This document shows, piece by piece, positions 24,101 through 25,607 of a stretch of DNA of 25,607 nt (position 1 is its first letter; each line of letters opens with the position of its first letter). Below the pieces are notes generated by a model, which had not been told where the DNA came from, ran no database searches, and worked only from the letters and a program-made list of their open reading frames with translations. A program made the translations under genes and the position numbers. The stretch is from a virus (Duplodnaviria > Caudoviricetes): the IMG/VR virus record IMGVR_UViG_3300004112_000023, positions 1-25,607 of that record; one strand, given 5' to 3'.

Positions 24101-25440
24101 CAGCAATCACAACCGTGAAGGTGAAGGATCCCAAGGATGGGCAGATAAGGCAGATCGGAGTGGCTGTTCTTCCAGGGGGTAGGGATCCAGGAACACCAAA
24201 TATCATTACTGCACGTAGGATTAACTTATCAGTAAGAAGTCCAATCTTCGGCTGGAACGGTTCAGGTTACACACCTCGAAACCAGATACGAAATTGGGGA
24301 ACCAAGGTACCAGGACGGTCTGTAACCTTCGTTGAACTGGCCACGGGGCGAATCATTGCAAGGTTATCAGGAGAATGGGGAGACAACCCGGGAAAGACAT
24401 CAACCACCACCTGTGGAGGAACAACATCAGGAGCCAACTCAAGCCTCTGTGGTTTGAACCCAAGTGTTCTTGTCAATCCCAACCAGGTCAGCTTCGATTC
24501 TCCCATCACATCAACCCCTGTCGTCTTTCCAAGCGGTACCGCGCAGGTATCCACTCGGGCATACATTGGGGATGCCGATGGAACCCTGTGGAGGATCAAC
24601 ATGATCGATCCTGATCCACAGAAATGGACCGCCGAGATCGCCTGGGATTCATACAATCACACGGCACCGCTGAACAACTCACTTCGTCGAGCCTATTCGG
24701 TCAATGGGGTCACCGCAGGTCAACCCCTAAACTCATCGGTGTCAGAACCTGTCGGGGCCCTTCTAGGCCAACCAGTGGAACAAGCTCCAACAATCAGTGT
24801 TGATTACCAGAACAATCCTGTCCTGACCTTCTCCACCGGTGAGAACGATTCGTTCAACGCATATTCACCTGGTATTCTCAACTTCGTCACAACGTTCATC
24901 GATGCCTATGACAACTCCAACGGTAAATTCGTTCCAACCATATCATCCACCCACGGAACAACCATGGCATTCGTTGATGGGGCTCGTGTCACAGGTCCAA
25001 CCACACTGTTCGATGGAAAGACATTCTTCAGCTATTTCACACCTCAAACAGGAAACACTTGTACCTCAGGTGCCGGCGGTTGGTGTGCCATCGATTTCCT
25101 GGCCGGCAACAATGGATCTCCAACAGCGGTGCTAGACATCGATTCAGCAACGACAGGCCTTGACATCTGTGATCCATTCGAGAACGGTGAGGTTGTATTC
25201 GGCATCTCAGTCAATGCTGTGCCATCGTGTGTTCAATCAGAGGACAGCTTCAACGACCAGTTCCTCGCTGGGCAATACAACAGCTACTCTAACTCCAAAG
25301 GCCTATCGTACCAACTCGTCATGCAGACCAGCCAAGGTGGATCGACAGAGAATGGATCCACGGTAAATACTGCTCGTTATCCACTACCTCCTCCGCGTTC
25401 CCGTGCGCGACTACAATCATGGGTATCGGTGATGCAATGA
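21199..25440 (+). CDS. pilY1: PilY1/PilC-family type IV pilus tip adhesin (signal peptide, vWA, beta-propeller)
   Basis: Signal peptide ending TVRA; MIDAS LLLVDSSGSM / STPLA / ISDGEP; propeller motifs DGMLHAF, ELWGFIP, LDGPLAV, YALDVTNP..PRFLWQ, AYIGDADGTLWR; C-terminal RLQSW. Confidence 0.9.
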   Translation: MNRKLFSVFLFLVAFVTTFCASLTVRAQFTPPLDSKAKIPNVLLLVDSSGSMTWALDGTNADCKDELNPKKARYTILGEVLTGTVDDLDCWSANDPLNIDGPPVPLMSNSERHQPGGQNCVPTLNLDPDIINSLKANPLGWPYEAADKDNSSSITYCGGKTAMKFARCFSSSGWSNRDVCTKATIGWNQAADGLIDTYGTKIRFGMASFDSLSFPGYTTLYSNKNMAWWTPETGGPIAFVYDNLCRNGTKGSYCLRYIPPFLYYDIGEWSYWHGGGSDLSSTWLTGNRTATLFPTTNFVGGTVHPFIDSDVGIRNPRALPHKGRLIGFGHPDATVTDTQAHNDMVQDSILGLSLNLEHSTPLAAMLRDTYEFISSDTTSLGATIPHPNTAAPVTVNIGPKTDPYFSSTPRCRDTMIVLISDGEPSNDINDRPSYWTGRTALEQDVDTLVLGIGLDSARWNPGTGPVSVKCDSLTPNDYSDAPTSTVMCTRSSGLGWKYADVSPHNNGITDPDKSAIRACCNLLEIAINGDPNNKYGQTPYFPSNQAEFKQALDGILKSAAGTTVSRTVPVFANITSTFQPGNSPAAYYELRSALIPTARPTAGTLERVRYACNNSAEPVRQTVEETLGDSFHKNMDFPTVNYPRKFFTAVPLKVGGVVKPMWTVRPSPVTEDWLTGSPSTTGNFVRLNGSAPDLTPPHTGDTTVAIDGLTTAINTISGGPTAAELLNITGTDASTCLSQVGTNSVTECAKRVLQWYGGSSTTYPLSGGKQSPSRDPSVCGGWDKCGPLGAILRSSPVIVSPPEPNAAEQSYSNGGDSFYAQEKSRPTMLYAQTIDGMLHAFVMSKNANLPDPYGGVPTVDKLENNELWGFIPPAVLPQIWPNFKVEARLLDGPLAVGNVVFSRSEAQTAEGDAGASGFRTVLVGSSGYGETGFYYALDVTNPMSPRFLWQLVNSAGGGVMFGKVLPGAAITTVKVKDPKDGQIRQIGVAVLPGGRDPGTPNIITARRINLSVRSPIFGWNGSGYTPRNQIRNWGTKVPGRSVTFVELATGRIIARLSGEWGDNPGKTSTTTCGGTTSGANSSLCGLNPSVLVNPNQVSFDSPITSTPVVFPSGTAQVSTRAYIGDADGTLWRINMIDPDPQKWTAEIAWDSYNHTAPLNNSLRRAYSVNGVTAGQPLNSSVSEPVGALLGQPVEQAPTISVDYQNNPVLTFSTGENDSFNAYSPGILNFVTTFIDAYDNSNGKFVPTISSTHGTTMAFVDGARVTGPTTLFDGKTFFSYFTPQTGNTCTSGAGGWCAIDFLAGNNGSPTAVLDIDSATTGLDICDPFENGEVVFGISVNAVPSCVQSEDSFNDQFLAGQYNSYSNSKGLSYQLVMQTSQGGSTENGSTVNTARYPLPPPRSRARLQSWVSVMQ

Positions 25441-25476
25441 AATAAAAAGGGCGCGATTTATCACCGCGCCCGAAAA
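25441..25476 (-). terminator. Intrinsic terminator, U tract on the minus strand (possibly bidirectional)
   Basis: GGGCGCG...CGCGCCC stem; minus strand continues TTTTTATTT. Confidence 0.65.
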
Positions 25477-25607
25477 CATTGTTGTTTTAGTTCTTATTGT
25501 ATAAATTAAATGAGTGAATCACAGCCCAAATCTGCTTCTTAACGCATTGAAATTTTGTAATTGTTCAGCGCCAGACAATGCTCTATCGTAGAGAAGAACC
25601 GCAGCTA

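Noticed and set aside
25477-25607. Gene downstream of pilY1
   Set aside because: Too little sequence; the terminator orientation hints at a minus-strand gene ending here, but it cannot be called

Overview
Gene-dense segment of a large (jumbo/huge) tailed bacteriophage genome using the standard genetic code. The evidence is a tRNA cluster, many short translationally coupled ORFs, tail-fibre and tail-collar genes, a GH24 endolysin, a T4-type ATP-dependent DNA ligase, peptide deformylase, NADAR, HNH and a DUF2201-type vWA/peptidase. A myxobacteria-style Gly-rich lipoprotein, a vWA-type PilY1 and some high-GC genes suggest a Myxococcota/deltaproteobacterial host (inference). Main observations: (1) an apparently split sigma70, where an RpoD-like ORF ends after region 4.1 and a separate downstream ORF carries a region-4.2-like HTH with a different recognition helix, alongside a recurring non-canonical -35 element (TG[TC]A[AC]W-N16/17-TAnnnT); (2) three tRNA-like genes with intact acceptor, D and T arms but a deleted or shortened anticodon arm, plus a Pth2 homologue that has lost its catalytic motifs; (3) a full-length phage-borne PilY1 type IV pilus tip adhesin with no minor pilins in view; (4) a second, late-type promoter motif ATA[CAT]TTA. 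All family calls come from motif recognition by eye; no searches were run.
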